64,000 nucleotides of DNA from NCBI GenBank assembly GCA_001600815.1, contig BCKZ01000001.1:478613-542612 (forward strand), in the 5' to 3' direction. Numbering within the stretch: position 1 is the first letter of the stretch; every line of letters begins with the position of its first letter. A program made the translations under genes and the position numbers. The notes under the pieces were generated by a model that did not search any database, had not been told where the DNA came from, and saw only the letters and a program-made list of their open reading frames with translations. The stretch is from Alloascoidea hylecoeti (taxonomy: Eukaryota). Shown in pieces: positions 35,476-47,400 of this stretch.

Positions 35476-37094
35476 ACATGGTAGTAATGTATCTCTATAT
35501 CATAATTCATGAGCTATATAAACAAACTATTTATTCTTAACTGGCAACTGAGCTCAGCGGTATATTCAAAATTTTAAAAAAAGCTTTCGGATAGCATCTT
35601 TCCCCTTCACCACTCCGTACTTACCAATAACTGTTTTTTTATTTGATGTATATATACAAGAAATATTACGTCAAAAGCTGTTATAAGAATTAATTCCTGT
35701 ATATAAACTCAGATAAGTCAAGTCTTATAAATGTATCAGTGTGAAAAATATCTATATTTCGGAGAATATGAAGGAATGGATATTATAATTGTATAATCAT
35801 AACGCTATATTTTTCCAGGATATTCGGATCAAATAAGTGATTCTAAACCCTCGGCGCGCGATTGTACCACTAAAAAAAATATAATAGCTACCGGTATAGA
35901 TGTTTTTCTTCACCTACTCTACAACGCAGAGCTTACTTTTTATGTTATTAAGCTAATTGATACCTATTCATAAATCTAGAATTGCAAGTTGCAACTCATA
36001 AAAATTGGAGCTCGATCGAAATTCTCAATACTGCAGTGATTATAATATTAATTAAAAATAAACAGCCGTATACAAAGATAATTGTGAGCCTATCCTGGTA
36101 ACCAATTGTAGTCTACGGACAATTAATACTTCTCAGAATTTCTGTTTTAATGATAGCCATTCTTTTTTGAACAACACAAATGTTGTTACCGATATACCAC
36201 GTTTGCCAAGATAAATGATTATGGAATATGTCAAGCCGAAATCTAAAAGGTGTTTGTATTTCCTTGAGGGAATTAAGTTTGTAATTATGTCTTAAGATTT
36301 CAACTGATATCGATCCTCATCAATTATAAGGTTAAAGTTCAACTATAGTTAGGCTTCAGCCGTAGGTTAAAATTTGATCTCTCAAGACATTTCATTCAAC
36401 TGCTCCATCCCCGGATAAATATAAATCAGCAGTATCATCGGACTATTGAGAAGCGTTGGACAATTTAGATGCCACAATAATAGCAATGTATGGCGCTTAG
36501 CTATAAATAAGACTACGAATAACTGTGAGTTAATTGTATTAGCTATACCAACAATGTTTCAATTTCATTAATCTGGTGCATTTATTCTTTATTTATATTA
36601 ACGATTACTTTTAGCAATATGATGGCTGAATATGATTATTATTGAGGTGAAGAGTGTACGAAGCTGTCAGTACGGTATGATGAGTCGCCTCCAAAACACA
36701 ATGAGACTCAATATGTCAAATATATGTTAAAGATTAATATTAATACATCATTGCAAGTCACGGTACAACAAAGATAACGATAAGTCTAAGTAGGCATAAA
36801 TACATTTACAAATTGTTTGATCGTTTATCTTAATAGAGTTGAACAAATAGATTTATTGAAAATTATTCAACGCCAAATTTTCGTAGAAAATGGTTGCATT
36901 GTTTAGATCAGCTTTAGTCATTATCATACGTTTTCTAGTCTTAATGCTAGAATATAAGAGACAGAAAAGTGTCTTTATATCACTATTAATCTGTCAATAT
37001 CATATCTACAAATAATAATTTAATGCTGTTTACTGTTTGTTCAATATGTAAAAGTAAAGTTGTTAAATAGTATAACATCTATTGGGATCTGTCA

Positions 37095-37970
37095 TTAATT
37101 TTCCTCTTGGATTTGTCGTTCTTCTTGCTCCAGTAGCTGTTTCTGTCGTAGTAGTCCCTCTTTTTTCTTTCTCTCCCTTCGCTCTTCTTTTGTTTCCTCT
37201 TGTACGTTTTTCATTTTCTTATTTTCGTTTGTACCATCGTATTCCTGTTTAATTAATTTTGAAATTGATTCATACAATTTATCTCGTCTTCTATAGTTTT
37301 CTTCAAATCGATTTCTAGCCATCGCCGTCAAAATTTTCAAATACTCCTCTGTTACGAGCGGCTTTATCACTTCTTCTCCATCTGGACCTACGTCTAAGTA
37401 AGCAATCGGTGCATCAAGTCGCAATGAAATTCTTATACCTACAATCAAATTGGGACCTATACCAGTTTCTCTAAATCCACAAGCCATACTAACCGAATAT
37501 AAATGATTAGCCGTTTCTTGATCTCGACATTTAACATGCAAAATTAATGGTTCATATTTAAATAAGATATATCTTGTTTCTTTATTTAAATGAATATTAT
37601 TTTCTGTTGATGTTAATGAAGAGATTTCCAATTGTGAACTAGATGCGATAATACTTTCAAACCATACTTTCTTATCATTTTCAAGATCCTTTAAATCATG
37701 AGTTATATAAATCCATCTACCACCATCACCTTTTCCCCCAATTTTTGTTTCATCTGAAGTTAATTTATGCTTTTTACCTTCAAGAAAAACACTTAATCGT
37801 CCTGAACATGATGAAGTTGTAACCATCCCAGGATGTGAATTGATAAGGTGAATTAAAGGAAGTACTTCATTATCAATAGTCCCTTTAGGTGATAAATCAG
37901 GATGTGAATCAGATGTTATTGATATTTGTTCCAAAAGTGCTTTCTTTTTTTGTTGGAAAGAGTCTAACAT
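37095..37970 (-). CDS. TYW3: tRNA wybutosine methyltransferase Tyw3
   Basis: DLSPKGTID, TTSSCSGR, GGKGDGGRW, FKYEPLILHV, GFRETG motifs. Confidence 0.95.
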   Translation of the reverse strand: MLDSFQQKKKALLEQISITSDSHPDLSPKGTIDNEVLPLIHLINSHPGMVTTSSCSGRLSVFLEGKKHKLTSDETKIGGKGDGGRWIYITHDLKDLENDKKVWFESIIASSSQLEISSLTSTENNIHLNKETRYILFKYEPLILHVKCRDQETANHLYSVSMACGFRETGIGPNLIVGIRISLRLDAPIAYLDVGPDGEEVIKPLVTEEYLKILTAMARNRFEENYRRRDKLYESISKLIKQEYDGTNENKKMKNVQEETKEERRERKKKEGLLRQKQLLEQEERQIQEEN

Positions 37971-38115
37971 TGTTGTATCAATGCATTTGTATTCTTAAAA
38001 ATTTCCATATAAAACCTTGCCTTACCTGAACTGATGTTGGGATGTTATATTAATATTTCAAACCATTCTTATCAATCTATTATTTTCCAACACATTATTT
38101 CATTTCAACCTAAAG

Positions 38116-39391
38116 ATGGAGCATTCGGTATACCAATCGATGGCAAAGGCCGTCAATGGAAAATCGGATAAAGCGATGATACTACTCATGGGGTTACGAA
38201 GGTATGCGCCTAATACTTTTTCTCGACTTCACATTCGATGAAGAATGTATAAATGTTTACAAAGAAACACCTCTGAATAACAGAATATTGGAATGGGGAT
38301 AACTAATACGTTTTTTTATTCATTTATAGAGGAGGAAAATCATCAATTTGTAAAGTTGTCTTTCATAATATGCAACCATTAGATACCCTTTATCTTGAAA
38401 GTACCTCAAAACCTACAACAGAGCATTTCTCGTAAGAATTTATTTTTCAACAGAATATAATATGACACTATAACTAATTCTGTATAATAGTTCTCTTATT
38501 GATCTAGCGGTTATGGAACTTCCTGGACAATTAAATTTCTTTGAACCAACTTTAGATTCGGATCGATTATTTGCTTCAGTTGGAGCATTAGTTTATGTTA
38601 TTGATTCGCAAGATGAATATTTAAATGCCCTAACAAATTTTGCAATGATTGTTGATTATGCAATTAAAATCAATCCAAAAATTAATTTTGAAGTATTAGT
38701 TCATAAAGTTGATGGATTATCAGAAGATTTTAGAATGGATACACAACGAGATATAATGCAAAGAGCAAGTGATGAATTATTAGATTTGGGTTTAGAAGGA
38801 ATTCAAGTATCATTTCATTTAACATCAATATTTGATCATTCGATTTATGAAGCATTTTCAAGAATTGTACAAAAATTAATATTAGAATTACCAACTTTAG
38901 AAAATATGTTGAATGTTTTATGTCATAATTCATCTATAGAAAAGGCATTTTTATTTGATATAAATTCAAAGATTTACGTTGCAACAGATTCGAGTCCCGT
39001 CGATCTTCAAACTTATGAAGTTTGTGCTGAATTTATTGATGTAACTATCGATTTAGATAATCTATATGATGAATCTACAACAAATGATGAAGAAGATGAT
39101 GATTATAATCAACAACAGACTCAACAGGGGAGAAGAAAACCACTAAGATCTATTTCAACGTTACAAAATGGGGTTGTATTATATTTAAAACAAATGATTC
39201 GAGGTTTAGCTTTAGTTGGATTAATAAGAGATGATAAAAATTATGTTGTTTCTAGTTCAAATTCCTCTATTAGTATGGGACCTGGAAATGAATTAGAGCA
39301 TAATATTAATAGAATGACGAAGATGGCATTAATAGATTATAATGTGGATGTGTTTTATAAAGGGTTGGAAAAAATATGGAATTGCAATTAA
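38116..39391 (+). CDS. GTR2: Rag C/D GTPase Gtr2; exons 38116-38201, 38330-38431 and 38491-39391; introns 38202-38329 and 38432-38490
   Basis: Spliced sequence reads [60 protein letters not shown] and [13 protein letters not shown] follow. Confidence 0.96.
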
Positions 39392-39589
39392 TCAATCAAT
39401 ATAATCAACAATAATAACAAAAAGTTACAGATATTGGTGATCATCACCGTTTACATAAATTTAATTAATTTAATAGAGCACACTTTGTGTTTTAATTCCT
39501 CGATAGGTAAAACCTTATATTCAAACTCTATAAAACTATCTAAAAATTGTAGTAAAAACCCCCATCGAAAATTATTTATCGCCTAAGAT

Positions 39590-41551
39590 TTACCTTCTCT
39601 TAGGTTTAGAAGTTGGGGCATCAACTTCAACTCTACCAGATTGAATATCATCCAAATTTGGTAACATATAAGTAATATCATCCCATGGATGTCTATACAA
39701 ACCAGTTCTTAATCTCTTTTGATCTAAGTGATGACCAATCAAACCAATACTTCTACCTAAGACAAACAACCCATTTAATACACCATTGTTTAAGTATTGT
39801 TCAACTTCTTCTGGTTCAAAAGCACCACATGATCTCATTAAATCAACAAAGGCACATGCTACAACACCATCAACATTAAGAATTAAATTATCCTTCTTTG
39901 AAGTTGTAACAGTTTCAACAGCTAAAGCATAATCAACTAAGGTTGTAGATGGGAAATGTTCTTTTGCAAATTCTTTAACTAATTCAACACGATAATCTGG
40001 ATTATTCTTAGATTTAACTTTATGACCAATACCTGGAATTAATTTATTTTGTTTTCTCATGGTCTGAACAAATTGACGTGGAGATAAACCTTTATCATAA
40101 GCATTCGTAAATTCAAAAGCAGCACCATCTAAAGCACCACCAAATCTTGAACCAATCGTCAATAAACCAGCAACTAAAGAAGAAATTAAATCTTTACCAG
40201 CACGAGTAGTAACAATTGTATTCATAGCACCAGAGACAGCTGGACCATGGTCAGCAACAAGCATTAAGACCATTTCCAAAAATTTGGTTGCATAAATAGG
40301 TAAACGACGACGGAACCAAAGTAATGACATAACACCACCAATACCGATATCCTCTTTAAAGACATCAGTGATTGGCATACCAGCATATAATAATTCTTGA
40401 CCACGATCATCGGAAATTGTTGAGATGAAAGCAGCTGGTTTACGAACAAGACCTAATTGTTGGGCCCATGCATAATCCATTGGGATCTTTGGTGGTTCTT
40501 CTTCATCCTTTGGAGTAATGAGTCTTCTAGATACCAAAGATTCATAAACTTCACGGAGAGCTTCTGGGAAATCTTCAAAAGTATCTGGGACAATAAATCC
40601 AGCTTCTCTCATAGCAGCATTCTTTGCTGTAGCAGTTTCAGCTAAAGAGTTAGCCATAGAACCAGCATGACCGAATTGAACTTCAGTCTTGAACATAGAG
40701 GCACAAGTACCAATAGCCCAAGCAACAATTGGCTTAGTAATGATTCCCTTCTTAACGGCCTCAATGACACGGTATTCTTCAACACCACCATTTTCACCGA
40801 GTAAGACAATGATCTTACATTCTGGATCAGCTTGATAACGTAAAATATGGTCAATGAAAGTAGTACCTGGATATCTATCACCACCGATAGCAACACCTTC
40901 CAAGACACCATTTGTGTTTTGAGAAATGATATTGTTCAATTCATTTGACATACCACCAGATTTGGAAACATAACTAACAGAACCTGGTCTGTAAAGTTTT
41001 GAGGCGACAATATTATCCATCATACCACCAGTGTTACCAATCTTAAAAGCACCAGGTTTGATACCACCAACAGTAGCTGGACCAACAATGGTGACATTCT
41101 TCTTCTTAGCCTTGTACAAAATTTCTCTGGCTCTTCTTTCTGGAACACCTTCAGCAATGATAGCGATAGTTCTTAATTGGGGGTGTTGCAAAAGTTCCAA
41201 AGTTGAGGAGTAGACAGATCTGCAAGAAGCAAAATTGACGACAACATCAACTTCTGGGTGAGCCTCAATAGCGGTATCAATTGATTGATAAACAGGGATC
41301 AATGTCTCCTTAGTTCCCCAGTAGAGTTTAGAGACAAACTGACCACCGAATGGATAAATGATACCAGCGACAGATGGAGTCTTTCTTTGGCAGATGTAGT
41401 CAAAATCCAACATACCCTGGCAAGCCTTGGGTTGCATACCATAAACGAAAGAACGGGTCTTGTTATGGAACAATTGGTATTCAGGGACGTGAGAAGCAGG
41501 GCCGGCTGAAGGAGCGAAACGCTCGATCTTTTCATTGGCGTTCTTGGACAT
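39590..41551 (-). CDS. ACL1: ATP-citrate lyase large subunit (CoA-binding, phospho-His and citryl-CoA lyase domains)
   Basis: [41 protein letters not shown] (phospho-His), DHGPAVSGA and LNVDG motifs. Confidence 0.96.
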   Translation of the reverse strand: MSKNANEKIERFAPSAGPASHVPEYQLFHNKTRSFVYGMQPKACQGMLDFDYICQRKTPSVAGIIYPFGGQFVSKLYWGTKETLIPVYQSIDTAIEAHPEVDVVVNFASCRSVYSSTLELLQHPQLRTIAIIAEGVPERRAREILYKAKKKNVTIVGPATVGGIKPGAFKIGNTGGMMDNIVASKLYRPGSVSYVSKSGGMSNELNNIISQNTNGVLEGVAIGGDRYPGTTFIDHILRYQADPECKIIVLLGENGGVEEYRVIEAVKKGIITKPIVAWAIGTCASMFKTEVQFGHAGSMANSLAETATAKNAAMREAGFIVPDTFEDFPEALREVYESLVSRRLITPKDEEEPPKIPMDYAWAQQLGLVRKPAAFISTISDDRGQELLYAGMPITDVFKEDIGIGGVMSLLWFRRRLPIYATKFLEMVLMLVADHGPAVSGAMNTIVTTRAGKDLISSLVAGLLTIGSRFGGALDGAAFEFTNAYDKGLSPRQFVQTMRKQNKLIPGIGHKVKSKNNPDYRVELVKEFAKEHFPSTTLVDYALAVETVTTSKKDNLILNVDGVVACAFVDLMRSCGAFEPEEVEQYLNNGVLNGLFVLGRSIGLIGHHLDQKRLRTGLYRHPWDDITYMLPNLDDIQSGRVEVDAPTSKPKRR

Positions 41552-41714
41552 TTTTTAAAAGGTTTGTAAAAAGGGATTACAATTAAGAAGAAAGAAGAGG
41601 TTTCTTTGCAAATTTAAACTGTTGAGGATTGGGGGGGGGCCCGACAATTTCTTCTCCTGATCTACCCGGAGAATGACGCCCGAGACCGGTGATCCAACGG
41701 ATTTCTACACACCG

Positions 41715-41847
41715 GAACCTTCTGCTGAGATGTTCCGGACAAAGATCGGAAAATGGCTTTAATTATATAATTATAATTAACATGTTATACTTAAATAGTA
41801 CTTTGCCACTTTATCCAAACGGTAGTACAGTATTTATATAAACCCCT
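41715..41847 (+). promoter_or_regulatory. Partial heat-shock element GAAnnTTC (41715-41722), TATA box (41835-41842) and STRE CCCCT (41843-41847) upstream of the small HSP
   Basis: Motif matches within the 332-bp ACL1/sHSP divergent promoter. Confidence 0.4.
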
Positions 41848-41883
41848 GGAAATCCGTATTCGTCGTCTTAAATCTTAATTATC

Positions 41884-43185
41884 ATGAATATGCCTTATCA
41901 TCATGCTCACTTTGGACCTGACGGTCATCCCCACCCACATCATCAACATCGTCATTATCAACAACGACGTGAGCAACCAGATAACAAACCTGGCCCATCT
42001 TGTCGACAGTTTAATCAGTTCAGAGGAGGTCTGTTTTCCCTTTCAGCACTTCCTTTTGCTGCTGCAAAGTTTGGCATGGAACTTAATGAAAACCTAAATA
42101 ACATGCATCGCTCAAGATCAAGACAGTTTGGTAGGCACCATTTACATGCTTCTTATTCTAGAGGATGTCATAATCCCCACGTTGATCCACGCGGTAGCAC
42201 GCATCATAGGTCAAGAGATCTTGATTCTAGAAGATTTAAAACTAATTCTACAAACTCCAACATTAACCCAAACCAGATGCCACATGCACACGATGATGAT
42301 AGTCGTATACATATGCATAAGTCTAGCAACAAGGGTAAATCAAATAAAGAAACTAATGAATCATTTCGTCCATCACTGGATGTTTATGAATCAAAAGACT
42401 CATTTATTATATACATATCACTTCCTGGTGTTGCCAGAGAAAATATAGATATAGATTTTGACCTTGTTACTCAAATCTTAACAATTAAAGGGGTCACTAC
42501 AAGACCAGAAGAATTTGAATCTAAAAAAGCTATCGTTAGACGTTCAGAAGGAAGTTATGGAAGGTTCACTAGAGCCTTACGGTTTTCAAGATACTCTAAT
42601 AATGTTATTATTGATGATAATAAGATAACTGCTAAATTAGAGAATGGTTTACTAATCTTGGAGTTACCCAAATTAAAACAACCAAATGGGAAGAAAGTAA
42701 TATCTATTGAATCGGATAGCGAAGAAAGTGGCAAAGAAAATGAGAAGGAGGTAGAGATTAAAGTTAATAATAATGCTGGTACAAAACAAAGTGACAAAGA
42801 AAAGGGAGATGGAAATGATATTAAGGTTAATCAGGTTGGTGACATTGAAGAAAGAGATGCTTCTAATTTTGCCACATCTCGTACAGCGTCAATCTGCTCA
42901 TCTCCAGAGTCACTTGGCCCACCACCCAAGTATGATGAGCCATCATCATCCCCAGTCATCGCTGGAACTTCAGATAATGATGATGAGATATACCAATTGT
43001 CTTCCACTGTTGATCATTCAACTTCCAAACCACAGGAAGTGGAGGTAACAAAATCAAAATCAAAAGTGCCACTATTCTTAGATCTTGAAGACGAAGATGA
43101 AGAAGAAAATTGGGATTTGATTGATTTGGCCCCAACCCCTTCGACTTTTTCCATGGTTTCTGATGGTGAAATATCATCTCATTAG
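41884..43185 (+). CDS. Large small heat-shock protein (alpha-crystallin domain), Hsp42-like architecture
   Basis: FRPSLDVYES...SLPGV...SYGRFTRALRF...AKLENGLLILELPK and an ISI (IxI) motif, with long disordered His-rich N-terminal and acidic C-terminal arms. Confidence 0.88.
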   Translation: MNMPYHHAHFGPDGHPHPHHQHRHYQQRREQPDNKPGPSCRQFNQFRGGLFSLSALPFAAAKFGMELNENLNNMHRSRSRQFGRHHLHASYSRGCHNPHVDPRGSTHHRSRDLDSRRFKTNSTNSNINPNQMPHAHDDDSRIHMHKSSNKGKSNKETNESFRPSLDVYESKDSFIIYISLPGVARENIDIDFDLVTQILTIKGVTTRPEEFESKKAIVRRSEGSYGRFTRALRFSRYSNNVIIDDNKITAKLENGLLILELPKLKQPNGKKVISIESDSEESGKENEKEVEIKVNNNAGTKQSDKEKGDGNDIKVNQVGDIEERDASNFATSRTASICSSPESLGPPPKYDEPSSSPVIAGTSDNDDEIYQLSSTVDHSTSKPQEVEVTKSKSKVPLFLDLEDEDEEENWDLIDLAPTPSTFSMVSDGEISSH

Positions 43186-44425
43186 TATGCAATGCCATTT
43201 GACAGTTGCCTTATATGGCCAAAATTAGTAATTGATTTACGTGTTGAATTTATTGTTGGAGATGTCGTTTCTTTTTTGTATAGATTTATTCATATGATGG
43301 GCTCTTATACATTTTTTTTTTTTTTTTTGCCTTCACGAATAAAATGGTTCATACCACACATATTTTATAAATACATGCATTCCTTTACCAAATATTGTAA
43401 ACAATTATAATTCATTCCCTTATTATTTATTGCTACTTAACTTCTGGATCGTTCCACTCCTGCTAAGCTAGTTCATGATGAATATAGCATCGGTAGAGTG
43501 ACTCTACTTAATTACGGCCATACTGGCTACTAAATGATGGCCTTCACAACAATTAATTTTCGGCTGCATTATCACCAGTATTACCCATTAATAAAGTTTA
43601 CACACAATTTCGCTTCAACCATTTATTGGACTATGTATTCGCCCCTATGAGTTTCATTAGCTTGATCACGGATTATTTGGAGTGTTCTATGTATTATTGT
43701 AATAACTTCAACTTTATATTCTCATATTTTCTTATCGAAGATTTATGGTTTATGCAGGTTCAGGGTTCAACGGGATATGTTAGGATTATGGTTGATGTAT
43801 GAAATAATTTTATGTTAAAAACTTCTCCTATATCTTTCTCCACAGTTCTCAATGAACTTCTCATACTATCAATATTTTTTCTTACTTTACTTATTTAGCT
43901 CCACGAAATTATTGTTGGGTAAGTAAAGTCATCAAAATCCATGCACTTGAAATCCAAGCTAAGTAATTACACTGGCATAGTAACCCCACAATAGTGTAAG
44001 GAAAGAAATCATATAAATAGATAAGTTAAAAGGTGGAGTCCAACATTTTTTCACTGAAGTGGGGGTTTGGAGTATTTCATATCATTATCAATTGCACGTT
44101 TTTTGTACATTTAAGTTCTTCAGAGTTATGTTCACTTATTTCTTTTTAATCTTGTCCTGTAATATTCTTAAAGCTTTGTTATATCCAAATAATAAACTGC
44201 CACAGTCTTATCAAGAAACCAAGGCACCAAAATATTAGAAAGCTTACCATACAACGATGAACATATAATTCCAGAATCTTTTGGAGATTATAAAAAATAA
44301 ATGAGGATTCGAAACGGTAATGTCAATGGTGTTTCTATCATCGAATATTCGACTATGTTACAAAAGTGAAAGAGCACAACTTCAAGTTATAATCTAAAAT
44401 CTTATAGCTATGTAATTTAAAAGTT

Positions 44426-47400
44426 TTATGTAACTTTAATAGCTAATGGTTCTCTTTGAACAAATTGACCTGGAGTCTTATAATCATCAATTAATTCGGG
44501 TCCGTTTGAAAATCTCTTTGGAGTATTTGTAATACCATTTGAATTTTCACTAGGAACAATGATTTCATCAAACATGGCCCCCCATTCATATTCACCTTTT
44601 TCCAGAAATATAACACCGAAATCAATGATTTTTGTACAATTTGGTTTAATTGGGGGAATGATCCTCTGTAACACTCCATTGAAAAGTATTTGCCTGTCCA
44701 GAGAGTTATTAGATGAGTTATTATTGGCTGCTGGGGTACTGCTAAGATTATTATTGTTAGCATTCCCATTCATATTGGAATCATTTGCTGATAGGCCAGG
44801 TGCAACTCCAGGAACATGGCGTAGAATACCACAAATTGAACGAGAGGTATTATTTATTATTTTGGTTTTAATAGTGACAAAGGTCGCTCTCTTAATTTCC
44901 CAGAAGGGTCCTCGATTAACTGGGGTAGTATCATTACTTTCTTCATTAACAACTTCTGTGACCGTAGTAGGGGAATAAATATCATTATTATTTAATTTGG
45001 TGACTATCATTTGTCTTTCCAAAGTCGTTTCCATAGTCATTTGTATATCAACATCATTTACTTGTAATACATTAACCATGTTTTGTGATAATCTAACCCC
45101 TCTTAATTCAACCTCCCCAGATCTTCCCATGTCCTTGACGTTACCTATAGTACAATTTTGTTTTTTCTCATACCATTTCCCGCGTAAATGTCTTAATAAT
45201 TCTTTTCTATACCAAAAAGATTCGCGCAAAAAGTTCCCATGCTCAGTTCGTGACGATTGATCTAAAATGAATTGTTTATTTCTTAAACTTGGTATTTGTT
45301 TCATTAACTGTTCTTTTGGAATTTTGATTCTTTGAATGGGCAAAATAAATCTTGTGGTTCTACCTGGGTCGATTGTTTGTTCAATTTTATAGATATCTTC
45401 TTCTATTGTTGTAGAAACATCATCTTCATCTATTTCATCTTCATAGAATGTACCATTGCTACTTTCCAAAATAACTGTAAGCTCATTAACCCAAGCATTT
45501 CGTAAATCGATAACTAACAAACAATAATCTGCAACTGATTTTCCTTGAGCTGATATATTATGAATAAATTTCCAAATTTGTGCATCACTTATAGTACTTT
45601 TGTTAGCATCACCATTCAAATTTGAGAGGGTTGTTGAATACCCAGATTTTAATGCAATTAAATCACAGCCAGCTAATTCAACACTTGTATTTACTGTAAT
45701 ATTTAAAGGAACAGTAATACTTCTAACATAATTTTTATATCTTTCCATATTTTTTGAAAATTTTTTTGTATCATTAGATGAATCAAAATATATTGGATCA
45801 TGATATCCATATTCTATTCTAATTGTTGCATCTTTCATACCTCTTTTTCCAAATGTTTCTAACTCTAATTTAAATGATGAACCACTTTTAATTATAATTT
45901 CATTTCGTTTATCACCATTATTATTTTGATTAATCCATTTTAATGAATTTTTCATCAGCAAAAAGTATTCAATTTCAAATACTTCATTTAAAGGAACAAA
46001 ATCTTTATTGTTTAAATCTTTACCTGTATTAGAAGCGGAATTAGATTTTTCTAATGCAAGTTGAAGCGGTGCAATTGTAGAGTCATTAAAATATAGTTCA
46101 ATAAAATTCACTGGTATATTTTCTGAAATATTTTGAATTGAGATGCTAAATACATGTTTCTCTCCTTCAAGTAACATCAGCCAATTATGTGTTAATGTTA
46201 TATCTGTGAGTTTAAGAAGAGGTTGAGGAGGTATTATAAAATATGAAAGAGTTTTAGATTGATATTGAGGAATAAGCTGATTGGGTCTGGTTATTACATC
46301 ATCCGCTATGATAGTATCTGACTGTTGTAATCCAATTACTTTCAATTTTTCAGGCAAAGCACCATTACCAAGTATCATTTTAGAACCAATTTTGAACAAT
46401 GATTCTTTACAACCCCTTGTTTTAACAATGACTCCATCAATTTTCAATTCGCCTGCACCTTTTGGAATCACAGTTAATTTTAAATCAATAATTGAATTTG
46501 CTGGTAATATGTATGGTTTCTTAGACTTAATCGTCTCTAATGTTACACCCTCTTCACCAATAATGCACTTTGAAGGTGTATGAAGTTCAATCTTATCAAT
46601 TTCAATGTCAATTTTCATCTTATTTAACATTTTCAATTGAAATTCTAATTTCTCATTACTTGTTAAAACTATATCTGATTCATTTGTACTTGCTTCTTTA
46701 TTAAAGGGATTAAAAAGAATCGATCCTTCGGTGCTGGCTCTCTTAATTGAAGGACTATCGGTATCAGAAGTAGTACGTGCACTTCTTGGAGTTGAGAGTA
46801 AACTTGTCATAGGCGAACCATTTGAATATCTTGATGAATTTGGTCTGGAAGATGAAGGCGGTTTGGAAGAAGGTGCTGGGAGTAGTAAATCTTCAGGTAG
46901 AATTATCATGGCATCTCGGATAAAATTATCATCCCAATATTCAACTTCATCTTGTCCAAATTCATTAACTTGATTGTTTGGTTTTGAATCTTCAACTTTG
47001 CGCTTTCCTTTCTGGTTCCTTAGTGCTTCAACCGAATGATCGAAAATTGTATAAAGCTTTAATTGTTCTTCATCATCCAAATTCTCACCAGCATGTTTAA
47101 ATAGTCTGCATATAAAATTAATAGTTGTCTTTGGAGATGGTATGGAATCAGCAACTAAAATAAGCGATTTCAATGTAGATAAATAAAAGTCTGAAAATCC
47201 ATTGTCAACTCCTAGATCTGTTGATGGTTTATAAACATCAGCCAATGAGTATAAAACTTTAATTAATCCAATATTTTCTTCTGGACGGTTATTAATATGA
47301 CTTCTGTCATGTTGATTTTTAGTTTTTCCTAGTTTCTTTCGAATACTTAATAATAAATCACGAATTATTGCTGCTTTTTTCCTTTCCATTTTTAAATCAT

